Shown here one piece after another: positions 10,072 to 21,800 of a stretch of DNA of 64,000 nucleotides. The position numbers and the translations under genes are program-made. This DNA is from Rhynchopus sp. YZ270_cl-10 (Eukaryota): the NCBI GenBank assembly GCA_964035575.1, contig OZ037835.1:186001-250000 (forward strand), read 5' to 3'. Within the stretch, counting starts at the first letter, position 1. The number at the start of each line of letters is the position of its first letter. A model generated the notes under the pieces. The model had not been told where the DNA came from and did no database searches. It worked only from the letters and a program-made list of their open reading frames with translations.

Positions 10072-10125
10072 TTCTGTAGTGTGGTGTAATGTGGTGGGTT
10101 GGAGAGGGTGGGGTGGTGGCGGGGG
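10072..10125 (-). promoter_or_regulatory. Putative trans-splice (or 3' splice) acceptor: C/A-rich tract + CTACAG immediately before AA-ATG
   Basis: Sense strand reads CCCCACCCTCTCCAACCCACCACATTACACCACACTACAG|AA|ATG. The block is conserved upstream of all five genes, and similarity shared by all five stops just beyond it. Confidence 0.55.
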
Positions 10126-10299
10126 GACTCCAGGCCCCAGTGCTGTAAGAATACGTAAGAATACGTTGAGTTTCAGAATTGTGGATACGGATACGTATCC
10201 GTATCCCTTGTTTTCTGGATCACCTTAAAAGGCCACCCGCACATTTACCCCATACCCCACCCAACATAAGACAAAACTCGGTACAGAGCGTGTGGGAGA

Positions 10300-11084
10300 G
10301 ACAGCTGCGGGGTCTCGTTTGGCACGATGTTGCAGGGAGCTGGAGGACTGTGACTCTTGCTAAAACTTGCTGGACTGGGACTCTTGCTCGTACAGTGACT
10401 CTCTCACTTCACCCTCTCTGTCGTGACTCTCTCCACTCACGCCCCACTGCTCACGGTGCCCCCTGCACTACCCCAACTCCACCGGGTACTAGCGACAAGT
10501 GCGCCATACTTGTCTCGTGTCCGAAAGCACTTGCCTTGAAAAAGAAGACAGAGGGCCTCGAGGCGAGTACTTCGCTGCTGTTGCACAGTGAAGGTGGGAA
10601 GCATCACAAAAGGGCCGCCTACAAGAGGAACCACTCACGCTCCTGGCGTGCAAAGCGGCGATACGTGCAGTCTGCTCCAGCTACACACCCCAACCGGTGA
10701 GCGACCTCTACAGCATGACCACGCCGGACACACCGAAGGGCGTGGCGCGACCCAAGCTGAGCACGCCGGAGCTCATGAGGCGGGGAGCAGTGCAGACTGC
10801 TGCGGACAGAGCGCCACCCTGCGCTGTTCGACTACATGGGCAGCAACGACGTGGCACGCAACAACTGCACGGAAAAAGCAAAGGCGACACTGAAGCACAT
10901 ATTCAAAATGTGTTCAGCCACCAAGGCACTAAGGACGGACCTACTGCCAAACAAGTCGCTCAAGTTCTTACTGCTAGAGCAACCCCAGTTGTGCCTGAAG
11001 TACATCAGCGCGGCAAAACTGACAGAGGCCAGCCTGCCTGAACTCGGAGCTACACCTGCTGAGGAGATGCCGGCCAAAACTTGA
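10300..11084 (+). pseudogene. Degenerate 3' fragment of a probable non-LTR retrotransposon ORF (I/Ingi-like C-terminus)
   Basis: GC-rich, frameshifted coding-like stretch. It ends RLLRTERHPALFDYMG...CTE...TLKHIFKMC...*, which resembles the LRTGH..C..H...C zinc-knuckle end of I-group LINEs, followed by an A-rich run. Recognition is by eye only. Confidence 0.35.
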
Positions 11085-11843
11085 AACAATAAAGAAAAGA
11101 TAATAAAAACAGCGAACACCCACATTTGGGCCAGTCTTGGGCCATTCTTGAGACACGCAAAACCAGAAATCGGGCCACACCATCATTGCTTTTCCTTTTA
11201 ATTTATAAGGTGCCCAGGCCCCGGGGGGCTTGGGTGCACTTTATAAATTCTTTATTTTCTTTTTCTTTTTGACTCCGTGGTTAACCTCGTGTGAGGTTGC
11301 GCGGAGTTCGCAGTCAGGCCAGGGAGCCACGTAACAAGGCTCGACTGCTACATAGTGGGGAGATCTGTGCAGCCTGTATATTCCCCCCGATTTTCGTGGT
11401 AAATGGGGAGGCGCTTCCGTTTAATGGCAACCCACAAGAGTAGAACAACAACACAAACCCTTGAGAAGCAGACGCAGAGTCTCTCTTCTTACTTGTGTGC
11501 TGCAGACAAACATGACAACGCTAACCGCGACTGCCACGGCAGAGCGGGGTCCCTAACTGTTCACTGGGGGGGATCCACATAGATAAAGAAAACAAAAAAA
11601 AAACGAAAGCAAGGATTCTTAGGAAGAAAACCAGTAAAAAAAAAACCCCCCGAGTCACTTACTTCGCACAAGGATTTGCTCCCTTGTGTTCCAATTATAC
11701 CCGTTTCGTTGACTGACGAGCGGTAGCGGGAGTAGGACATCTCAACGTAGACCGCGAAATGGAAGTAAGCTGGGCGGAGGGTGGGCGTGGCGTGGATATA
11801 TTCTGTTGCGACACGTGATTTTTCCAAGTTTTCAAAAAAAAAA

Positions 11844-14544
11844 GTTGTACATGGTGGCACTGGACTTCAAAAAGTGCTTCGATCGTGTGCCCCAAAAGCT
11901 TGTGCTCGCCCTCGCCGAGTCTCTCGGCATGCACCCGCGCATCCTGAACCCCCTGAAGGCTATGTACAATCACCTCCGTCGTAGATTCAAGCTTCCCAAC
12001 GGCGTCGGCCAGGAGTTCCTCGTGACGAACGGCATCCTGCAGGGCTGCCCGCTCTCGGTCATCCTGATCAACGCGCTTCTCGCTGTGGTGCTACGTGAAA
12101 TCGAAAGCAATGTGTCAAGCACCACGTCTGCCTCATACGCGGATGACGTCACCATCCTCTCGGACCTGTCGGAGGGATCAGTCCAGGCCGCTGTCAACAT
12201 CCTCGAGGAGTTCTGTGCTCTTACCGGAATGCAACTACACCCCAAGAAAACGGTGCTGATGGGGATTGTACGTGGGTCGCTTCAACACCGGAAGGATAAC
12301 CCGTATGTGGGGACTGTGACATTGGACGGCCGGACGCTGGATACGACACGCTCCCACCCCCTCCTTGGTGCTCCGGTTGGTACACTATACGACGCGCAGT
12401 GCCGTAGCAACAAGACACGGATGGAGTCGATAGCCCCTGCCTGCGACAAGCTATCCACATCGCCCCTCCCACTCGAAGCGCGTGCGTCGCTCACCAGCGC
12501 CTCACTGGTCCCCAAAGCGACCTATGGATGCCCCTACACCTCCACTCCTGCCAAGACCATCGCCTCCCTCTGCACCAAACTGACAAATGGTGTTTTCGGG
12601 AAGAAGCACACTACGCGTAACCCCATTGCTGTTTTGTCTATCGTGAACAAAGGACACTTGTTGGACCCCGTGACGGTGCTAAGGTATAACAGCCTGCGTG
12701 CCCTGTTTGCCGGTGCGGCTAAGCTCCCCGCCTTGGTGCCACGCCTGAACAGGATCCTAGCGCTGCGTCAAGCCAGGGATGCCACAGCCCCTCTTCACAC
12801 TGGCCCTGTGGGATTTGCGATCGAGCGCGCTGGCACTGGCTTCAGATGGGGCTCTACCCTTGACGAATCACGCACAGCCCAAAGTAATGACTGCCTCCTT
12901 ACTCTTACCGCGGCACCGAGAAACCACGAACTCCGTGTGCACACCAGGCACATGCGATGGAAAGAGCTCGCCACCCTCCGACCCTCTTACGAAGGTATTG
13001 AAGACGGTATCGACACCACTCGCACCAACGCAAAGCGCGTCGCTGGTGATGCAGACCTCTCGAAGGCACTGACTGCGCTTATTTCCGGCGGGGTATACCG
13101 TGCGAACCAGCGTCCGGATAACACTGCCCCCGTATCATGCGACAACGATGCCAATGCTGACAATGCAGACGAGGACTCTGTTGTCTCAGACTACGACAGC
13201 GAGTCTGCGGACGACAAAGACGTGGGTGACCTGACCTCCTCCCGCCACTGCCCCCACTGCGACCTCCGAGAGGAGGACACAAACGTGCACATCTTCTGGG
13301 TATGCCCTGCTTTCCACGAGATCCGAAGTGACCCGCTCTTCGACGCCATCGCCTCAGTTGATCGAGCAGCCTGGAAACCTTGCACGCTGAACTGGGGGGT
13401 TGTTCCTCTGGGTTGTGACGTGGATGTGAATGCTTTGCACACGCTGATGGGAAGCATTCTCCTCAGGCGCTGGGCCCTCAATCGGGAAAAATTCCTGAAA
13501 TCGGCCGCCCGCCTCCCCTGGGACAAGGCTGCGGACACCCCGTCACTTCCCGTGGATTTTAACTGGAACCGGTTCCCCTCGAGGGCGCCTTCGTCGTGGA
13601 AATACGGCCCCGAGCGATACACCGCTTTTCTTGCGTGGCTGAGATCTCTGGAATTTTCCGAGGACAGCAACAGTTGCATCAGCAACATCGAGCTGGGAAT
13701 TAGCTTTGAGGTTTTCTCGGGCATCTTGCTGCGAAGGTGCAAACAGACCGCCCATGCCCTGTCTGTGCGTGAGCGGGGGAAGGTGATGTCCCTCTGGCTC
13801 AGTTGGCTCCGGAAGCACTGCGCCGATAGCAAGCTGGACTGCCCCCTTCCCGGAGGGAAAGTGAAAATAGCGTACTGCCTGCGGCCTATCGGTGCACCTC
13901 CGGTATCTGGCGGACACACTCCACGTGCCAAACTCTGCGCCGGCAGCATCGCCATTATCGTGAAGCACCTGACGCGATCCATCAGGTGCCTCGCCGACCG
14001 TGACTGGGGCACCAGCCCCCTCCCCGCCTACGACACCACCATCACTGCGCGTGCCGCTCAGTGGACCTCGCCCCGACGACGCCTACGCAGCAACACCGCC
14101 AGCCCTGCCACCCCTACAAGCCTTGCGCGACGGGGAATGCCAAGGCGGCGCATCACCACCGTGCCCCCTCCCGTTCTCCCAGAACCCGAGCCGCCTGAAC
14201 TGCCGACTTCGGTACCCGACGAACCGCCCACAGGTGACCCTGAGCCTGATACTACCGCCCCAAAAAGGCGCCAATCAAAAAGAAAACGCTCGCCTCCCCC
14301 CGAGCAACAAAAGAGAAAAAAGCGGACAAAAACCGCACCCACCCCCACCACTTCTGCTTCGCCCCCATCTGTTGATGGACCGGCGGGGAGCAACTTAAAC
14401 GTCATCAATGAGGCATCCGCCACACAGGAGAGATCATCATCGTGTCCATCAGCGGTTACTTAACAGCGTTTTGTATAGTGGAGTTCATCCTCGGGTGTCT
14501 ACACTAATACAACCAAGTTTTCAAAAAAAAAAAAAAAAAAAAAA
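11844..14544 (+). mobile_element. 5'-truncated non-LTR retrotransposon (LINE), copy 1, with short 3' UTR and poly(A)
   Basis: RT motifs LDFKKCFD, GILQGCPLS and YADD; CPHC...HIFWVC zinc finger; ~60-nt 3' UTR then A22. Homology to copy 2 begins abruptly at ~11844. Confidence 0.9.
11845..14463 (+). CDS. Reverse transcriptase + zinc finger + uncharacterised C-terminal domain (N-terminally truncated LINE ORF)
   Basis: Uninterrupted frame from LYMVALDF to ATQERSSSCPSAVT*; collinear with 27820-30978. Confidence 0.8.
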   Translation: MYMVALDFKKCFDRVPQKLVLALAESLGMHPRILNPLKAMYNHLRRRFKLPNGVGQEFLVTNGILQGCPLSVILINALLAVVLREIESNVSSTTSASYADDVTILSDLSEGSVQAAVNILEEFCALTGMQLHPKKTVLMGIVRGSLQHRKDNPYVGTVTLDGRTLDTTRSHPLLGAPVGTLYDAQCRSNKTRMESIAPACDKLSTSPLPLEARASLTSASLVPKATYGCPYTSTPAKTIASLCTKLTNGVFGKKHTTRNPIAVLSIVNKGHLLDPVTVLRYNSLRALFAGAAKLPALVPRLNRILALRQARDATAPLHTGPVGFAIERAGTGFRWGSTLDESRTAQSNDCLLTLTAAPRNHELRVHTRHMRWKELATLRPSYEGIEDGIDTTRTNAKRVAGDADLSKALTALISGGVYRANQRPDNTAPVSCDNDANADNADEDSVVSDYDSESADDKDVGDLTSSRHCPHCDLREEDTNVHIFWVCPAFHEIRSDPLFDAIASVDRAAWKPCTLNWGVVPLGCDVDVNALHTLMGSILLRRWALNREKFLKSAARLPWDKAADTPSLPVDFNWNRFPSRAPSSWKYGPERYTAFLAWLRSLEFSEDSNSCISNIELGISFEVFSGILLRRCKQTAHALSVRERGKVMSLWLSWLRKHCADSKLDCPLPGGKVKIAYCLRPIGAPPVSGGHTPRAKLCAGSIAIIVKHLTRSIRCLADRDWGTSPLPAYDTTITARAAQWTSPRRRLRSNTASPATPTSLARRGMPRRRITTVPPPVLPEPEPPELPTSVPDEPPTGDPEPDTTAPKRRQSKRKRSPPPEQQKRKKRTKTAPTPTTSASPPSVDGPAGSNLNVINEASATQERSSSCPSAVT

Positions 14545-17500
14545 GGGGGGGAGAATGAGGGAGGAATCTGTTATCAATTGGCACCGTTAGTGCGAAATGT
14601 ACGTGCTGGGAGGAGCTAGAGTGGGGAAAACGGAAAAAGCGAAAAATGAATTTTTCTGCTGAATATGGTGGTATTTTGTTTTTCCCCAGCCCTCCCCGGA
14701 TAGGAGGTAAAAAGAAATAGCAGCCCGACGCCCACCTTTTTTGTTTAGAGTACTCTCAAACCCCACATAACGCACTTCCAGTGCCTTACAGTGCTGCTAT
14801 ATGTGGGTGTAATGGGGTGTAATTCGGTGAAATGGTGTGAAAGTGTGTAAGTGGGTGTTAGAGGAGGTGTGGTACCCCCGGGACACCCCATATACCTTAC
14901 TTCACCTTCGGATACCCTTACAGGGGGGAGCAATCGGCTCGTGCAATCAAAAGAAAGCAGAGAAAAGGGAAAAATAAAAAGACAAAAGTTGGGTACCGTG
15001 CGCCTGCGGCGCTACCTGTTCCCAGTCAAAACACCACAATTTCATCTGAAGTTGGGTTTTCAGACCTGAAAATCCCCTGTTAAAGAGTATGGGTTTCACA
15101 TTTTGTGAAAATTTAAGTCACTAAACTTTTGTCCACTTTTCCGAATATGCCCCACCACAGCACGGGATTGGCTCGGAAATGCCACAAAACACTGTTTCAC
15201 CCACTGACGTAACCCTATTTGAGGTACGTTTTTTTGGTACCGAAACACGATTTTTCAGATTTTTTTCCAAAAGTTAGCGCGAAGCCTGGGCTTACGACTC
15301 CAAAATAGCAGAAAATAGCACTTTATCGCACTTTGGGGGGTTTTTTTGGGCTTGGTGGCTGGGTGGAGGTGTGGAACAACCGAATCACAAACAATGTGAG
15401 GATGATCCTTGATGGTCAATTTCTTGACCATCAAGAAAGAAAAGGTGCGATGAACCTAATCCTACGTGTGCTTAGTCACCTTTGCACACATTCGGTGTCG
15501 CTCATCAAGAACCCTCAAAAAAAAAGTATGCAGCAAACAATAGTAATATGATGAAGACAATGACTCTTGCAACAAAAAAAAACCCGGCAGAGAGATTCAT
15601 CGCAAAATACCACGTTTTGGGTTGTCTTTGGTGGCTTGTGAAGGAGGAGGCTACCCAAAAACTGTGGTCAAGCGAATTCATTTTCTGCCGGTGCGTTTTG
15701 ATGCAAGGTACTGCTCCAAGTAAGAAAGTTGAAAGATGAATGTGCCTCGAGGAAAAGAAACTCAAAAAAAATAAATATGGTGTGAGCATCATAACTGTAT
15801 TAACAATTCGCGAAGGGGGAGAAAAAACAAGAATAGTGAAGTTATTGTATTATTAATGCAGGCACCTCCGACTGACCCACGTACGATGCCAGCCATCCGG
15901 ATGAAAGCACAAGAATAAGAACACGGTGTTTAGATGAACGCACCTCTCGTCACTAATTAGTTTCATGACATGATGTGCACACTACACTTTCTAATCAAAG
16001 AAAGCAAAGCTTCATCCACACACTGTCCACCACAACGTTGTTGGGTTGATTAAATGTTGTATATTTGAGCTCGAAAATTATTTACGATCCACTCGACGTT
16101 TGGATCCACATAGATAAAGAAAGCAAAAACACGAAAGCAAGAAAAGAATACCAATAAGGGTAGAACAACTTTATACTTTGGTTCTCGTTTGCGCGCGCAC
16201 CATTTTTTGAGATTCGGGAAAAAAATAAGTTTTTGGAGAATAAGTTTTGCCAGTCCAAGAGGGAAGGGGTACTGGAGAGTACAAGGGGATGACGACCGTA
16301 AGCCAGGTAAGCTCAAGAAGTTTGGCTGCCTTTACCCATTTGGGTGGGTTCATATTTTGTGAAAAATTTAGTCACTAAAATTTTGTCCATTTTTCTGTAT
16401 ATCCCCCCACCACAGAACGGGCAGATTCCGGAAATGCAAATGCCGGTGTTTTCGGGAATTTTCATGTTTTCAGCATCAGGGTGAGAAAGTCTGGGTTGTG
16501 GTATTTACCTTGGCCCTCTTTACATGGATTTTGACCAAAACCAAGAACTTGTCCATTTCAATCGGCAAATTGACCCCATCACACAACGGACGGATTCCGA
16601 AAATACAAATGCCGGTGTTTTCGAGTACTTTCATGTTTTCCGCATCCGGACGGGGCCGGCCAGGGGACTCCTGAGTTAGGGGTATACCCTGGGTGACCCT
16701 TTTCGGCCCCGAAAAAGCATGTGTAAAACTGTACCGAAGAAAAGTCATAAAAATTTAAACACCGAAAAACTTATTTTCAGTGAAAGAATTTATTATTTGC
16801 GCACGCGCGCACGATTTTGGGATCCCCAAATAACGAGAACCAAAATAAAAGTGAAGTTATTAATGCAGGCACCTCCGACTGACCCACGTACGATGCCAGC
16901 CATCCGGATGAAAGCACAAGTACCCTGCGGCCAACAACAGAAGATGTAAAAGGAAACCTAATGACTGGCCCGTACCGTAAGAGAACGAGGGCGGTTCACA
17001 ACCGCTCGACAGCCGGCGGCCCACCTTCCGTTGAAGAGTTGTGAGCTTACAGGTACTGCAGTTCGCTGCACCCAACGCTTGATGCACGATAGTCTACACA
17101 AGAGAGCAGAAACCCAAAAACACAAAAAGGGGTGGGCGGGGGGGTCACAACATCTCTCTCTTGGCGCCCCATGCTGTACCGACAGTTGGGCCTCACCCTT
17201 TCTCTTAGGGATATACATGGACGTCCTTACAGGCAGCACACCGTAACCCAAAGGCGTGGCAGAGAGACTCCGCAGAGCGACTCTGGCCTGACCGCTGGCC
17301 ATCTATGCTCCGGGTGCGAGCACCCATCATAGCATAGGGGGGCCAGCCTGACCCAGCATTTATATACCTTGCCAAATAAAAGGTTGTTCTGCCCTAAAAG
17401 TAAAACAAGAAGACAAAAGAAAGAGCGTTCTATACAAGATACGTCTAAAAGTAATAGAGGAATAATTACACACAAAGAACGGTTGCCAAGCAACCTAGTT

Positions 17501-18515
17501 CCCCAAAACCCCGGTTCCCCCGTGGTTCCCCACGGGTTCCCCCTTAGACCAGGTGACCGCACGATGAGAACAAATTGCTTTTTGTGAGATGATCGACACC
17601 TTACTTAGGTAAGTCATTTTATTTTCCCCTCCTTCAAACTTCACACACAACGCTTTTTGGTTTTCGGGAGACACACAAGGTGCCAGGTTCTGTGATATGC
17701 AACCACCCTGCACCTCTTTGTCATATTGTTTCCCGTGCAATACATGGAGAAACGTTTCGCACTCGAAACTAGGGAAAGCTTTTTGATAAAAAATGAACGA
17801 AGCACAAAAACCAGCGCGTGTGGAAGAAAAAAGAAGAGTGAAAATATTTTTTCTGATTCAAAGTGGTGTTTATGTTTTGGGTACGGGGCGGAGAATAAAA
17901 TCTGTTCGATGAAAGAAACACAAGCTTTTTGTTTTATCTTGTTCATCTTGAAGGCACACCCTGCCGATAACTACCTTCGCCTACACAGGAAAAACGGGAA
18001 ACGAAATAGGGGGAGAGTTTGTTAGTTGTAGGATTTCACCTTTTATATTTCTCGTTTTGAAAACTGATGTGTTTACAAAAACAGAGCAAAATAGAAAAGG
18101 CAAGAAAAGGAAAGTCCTGAAGTACAGAAAGTGATGTGTGAGAAGGGAGGAGCACAAGTGAGGGTGAAAACAGTTAGAGCGACCGTAGCATTTCCCCTGT
18201 CAACTGCGTTCGACCTATAACAAAAATAGAAAAGGTAGTAAAAACACGCACAAAAAAAAACAAAGAGAAAAATGTAAGACAAAACGCCCGTACGGCGAGA
18301 AGAATGCGCCTCCTGCACCCGAATTATTCAATAAAACAGAGTGTCGGGGAAACGCGTCCCATCTATGTATCTCAAGGATGAAAGACCAACAGAAGATCAA
18401 GAAAACACAGTTCAAAAATATTATATAACGCATTCTTGCACCAAAAGAAAAATGGGCAAAAGAAAAAGTTTATAAGATGATCCTAAGCCTCTCGACGACT
18501 CGTGATGAGTCACCT
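14545..18515. repeat. Segmental duplication: downstream flank of type B genes (paralog ~57260-60605; partial copy ~44285-44995)
   Basis: Collinear blocks from GGGGAGAATGAGG(G)AGGAATCTG to CCTAAGCCTC..GAGTCACCTTAAAA, with indels of internal modules. Confidence 0.8.
16176..16845. mobile_element. Putative Tc1/mariner-type MITE (TA-flanked)
   Basis: TA|CTTTGGTTCTCGTT ... AACGAGAACCAAAA|TA (14-bp TIR, terminal mismatch); absent from the paralogous block near 58800. Confidence 0.5.
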
Positions 18516-18809
18516 TAAAATAGGTGCCCCTTCAGTGCACCAGGTACAGCGCATCTCTTAAGAAAGTCGAACATTGGCTCCGCACCACGGCACTCACGCA
18601 CAAAAAAAAAACACATAGCCGGGAGGCACAAAAACTTTAGCAAAAAAATAACTAAAAAAAGCTCCCAGCCAATTTGTGAAACACCATTATCCTTCTCCTT
18701 CTCCTTCTCCTTCTCTCGTCTCTCTCGGACCTTCCAAATGATGTGTTGCGAAGAAGACCTTTCCAACACTCTGGAAGGAGATGGTGGATTGCTAGCTTCT
18801 CTAGCACCC

Positions 18810-21800
18810 CTAGCACCATTCTATCCTGGGTACCCCGTTCGCTAGCACCAACCCACTCCCGTGTCGTCTATCAGTGCAGGAGCTACTGCGACGACGCTGG
18901 GATCGGGAGGTGTGATGCCAGCTGAGTCGGGGGGCCTGCAGGGTGCCTCTTCCACGTCCACCACCTACGTCTGCTTCTTCTAAGTCGCGACCACTGATGC
19001 CTGTGGTGGTAGGTGCACTGCCACCACCGTAGATGGTAGCACTGCCCCCAGCCTCGTCGGCAAGAAATGAATCCCACAGACCCACAGCCAGAAGAGGGGT
19101 GAAACTGTCTCTGCTATCCAGGAAGCCTTCCCTGCCACGGCCGCGGGAGTGCGGTAAAGGACGTTTGGTGGGTGTGATGGGGACTTGCCGTGGTGTTTCA
19201 TACAAAGAAACTTCTTTTGGTGTAGTGCAGCTCAAGAGCTCAAGACCGTTTTCGATGTCGACGCTGAGGAGCGAGGCATTAGGCATCTCGGCGCGGGTGT
19301 CGCTCTGCTGGTCGGAGGTGTCTGACTGTGTGGTCTCGAGAATTGCTAGACTGCGACCTTGGGGATGTATGAGGAGGGCTGATTTGTTCAAAACGTCTTC
19401 CTGAAGGTTGCCCCTACGTCCTGATGTGATGACGTATACTTCGGTAAGGATGTCTAAAGCAATTTTGACAACCAGAAGCATGAAGGCCACAGTCAGCAGC
19501 TTGGAGGAGACGTCAAACAGCCATGAGTCCAGCGTGGCCGTGTAGTACCCTGCAGCCATCACCACCATCGCGGCGAGCTGCGTGCCCAGGAGGAGGATGT
19601 CCAGCGCAGCATCCCTGGAGCGTGCGTGAGGCCAGAACAGACCTTCCAGCATCAGGAGAACTAAGAAGACAAGCCCAGAAGCCATCTTGACGTGCCCACA
19701 CCCTTCGCTTGTCTCAGGCGCCGTGCTCTGAATCGCGCTCAGCGCGAAGGAAGAGACAAACTCGATAAGAAGAAACCACGTCGCGCCCTGCTTGTACGGG
19801 CGGATCACGGTGTAGCGCTGCACCCACATCGGGTTACGTTGCATGGACACCCACTCCCCTTCGCCTAGGAGCGAGATAAGTGCACGGTTCTGTCTTCCTT
19901 CCGCTCTCGCATACACACCGTACGCAGGAACACCTTGAGTGATCGTGAGGTGCAACACCACAGGCACCACAGCGCACACCAGCAGAATAGCCGCACCCAC
20001 AGCAGCATGCCAGCCCTTCTCCGGGTGGAACACAAGCGACATGCCTGCAAGCGTGAGGCCTTGATAGAAGTATTGGAACACAAGCACCGGGGCGGAGGGG
20101 AGGCGCAGCAGGCCCACTACGTCCCGATCCTTGAAGAAGGTGGGGAACAGGCAGGTCCCCACGACACGCACGACAGGCACCGCAACGAAGCAAGCAGCTA
20201 TGAAGGTCGCCAGCATCGCAATGTTGGCGGCGACGGCGCCGACGGGCTTGCTGTTGTCCAGCGAGAAGCCTGTGGGGTGCAGTGCCGTCGAGAGGTCGCG
20301 CGAGCAGCCTTTGCTCACCAAAGCCAGACGCAGTGCAGCACCACTGGAGAACCCCGCCGCTGAGCTTGCCACAGCGATTGTCGCGGATGAGTCCTCAAAC
20401 CCCATCAGGTCCACCACCTTCACGTCTGCGATGCTCATCAGAGGCGGTGGTGCAGTGTCGTTCAGAGTGGCCACGAAGTCTGGTGCCACAGTCGCGTGAG
20501 GCACTGTGGTTTCGGGAACGTCTGTGGCAGGGAGTGCAGCAGGTGTGTAGGTCGCTGGTGCTGTGGTGTCCATGGGTGTGTCGGTGGCCAGTGGTATGTA
20601 AGTAGCGGCGTAGAGTGGTGCTGCAGTGAGGGGTGTGGCCGTGTCTGGTGCAGGTGTCGGTGCTGTGGTGAGTGGTGGCAGGGTGGCAGGCGGGGATGTT
20701 TCTGGTGGTGCTGTTGGCGGTGCATCAGTGTCCGGAGCATTTGTCGCATCGCACGCATAGAACTTGAAGTTCTTGACAGTGCCATCGAGCGGCGTATCTT
20801 GGGCCCACGGGCTGCTCTCCACGAGGTTGATCGTGCGTGTGACCATAAGGGGAAGAGCTGCGACGCCACTCACGCGCTCGACACCATCGATGTAGAGCAC
20901 AGCCGACCCTGTCGTAGGGCCCGTGCGTGTGAACACCAGCACCATAGACATCTCGACACCCAACGGCGAGGCTACGGGGTCCGCGATCCCAGCCTGAATT
21001 GTGGCGCCGTGGTACACATGGGCGTCCCACTTCCCCTGATTTAGCCCAAGCAGCACATTGTCCTGTTCTGCTCCATTCGAAAAGTCAAACACACGTCCCC
21101 AAGACGTCGCTGCATTCACGGTCACATCCGCCTCCATCCGGAACCCACCCCCAAAGGTTAGAGTTCGGGTAGAGTCATGTTCACTACTGTCTGCGAACGA
21201 CGTGAGCAGGATGGGAGCAGCACACGGCTGTGGTGGAGGTGCGTGAGATGGCGGTGCATCAGTGTCCGGAGCATTTGTCGCATCGCACGCATAGAACTTG
21301 AAGTTCTTGACAGTGCCGTCGAGCGGCGCATCTTGGAGCCACGGGCTTCTCTCCACGAGGTTGATCGTGCGTGTGACCATGAGGGGAAGAGCTGCGACGC
21401 CACTCACGCGCTCGACACCATCGATGTAGAGCACAGCCGACCCTGTCGTAGGGCCCGTGCGTGTGTACACCAGCACCATAGACATCTCGACACCCAACGG
21501 CGAGGCTACGGGGTCCGTGATCCCAGCCTGCATTGTGGTGCCGTGGTACACATGGGAGTCCCACTTCCCCTGATTTAGCCCAAGCAGCACATTGTCCTGG
21601 TCTCGTCCATTCGAAAAGTCAAACACACGTCCCCAAGACGTCACTGCATTCACGGTCACATCCGCCTCCATCCGGAACCCACCCGCAAAGGTTAGGGTTC
21701 GGGTAGAGTCATGTTCACTGCTGTCTGCGAACGACGTGAGCAGGATGGGATCAGCACACGGCTGTGGTGGCACAGCTGCAGCACTGCATATCAAAGTAGA

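Noticed and set aside
9001..14463. Diversity-generating retroelement (RT next to variable lectin-like repeats)
   Set aside because: The RTs are LINE-type with a zinc finger and poly(A), all cassette copies are coding (no template repeat), and the substitutions I inspected (e.g. GCA/CCA/CGA) are not adenine-specific.
15333..18433. Short ORFs recurring in intergenic repeats (e.g. MRSPGLRGNPWG, MNKIKQKAC)
   Set aside because: They recur only because the non-coding modules are duplicated; the frames break at homopolymer indels between copies.
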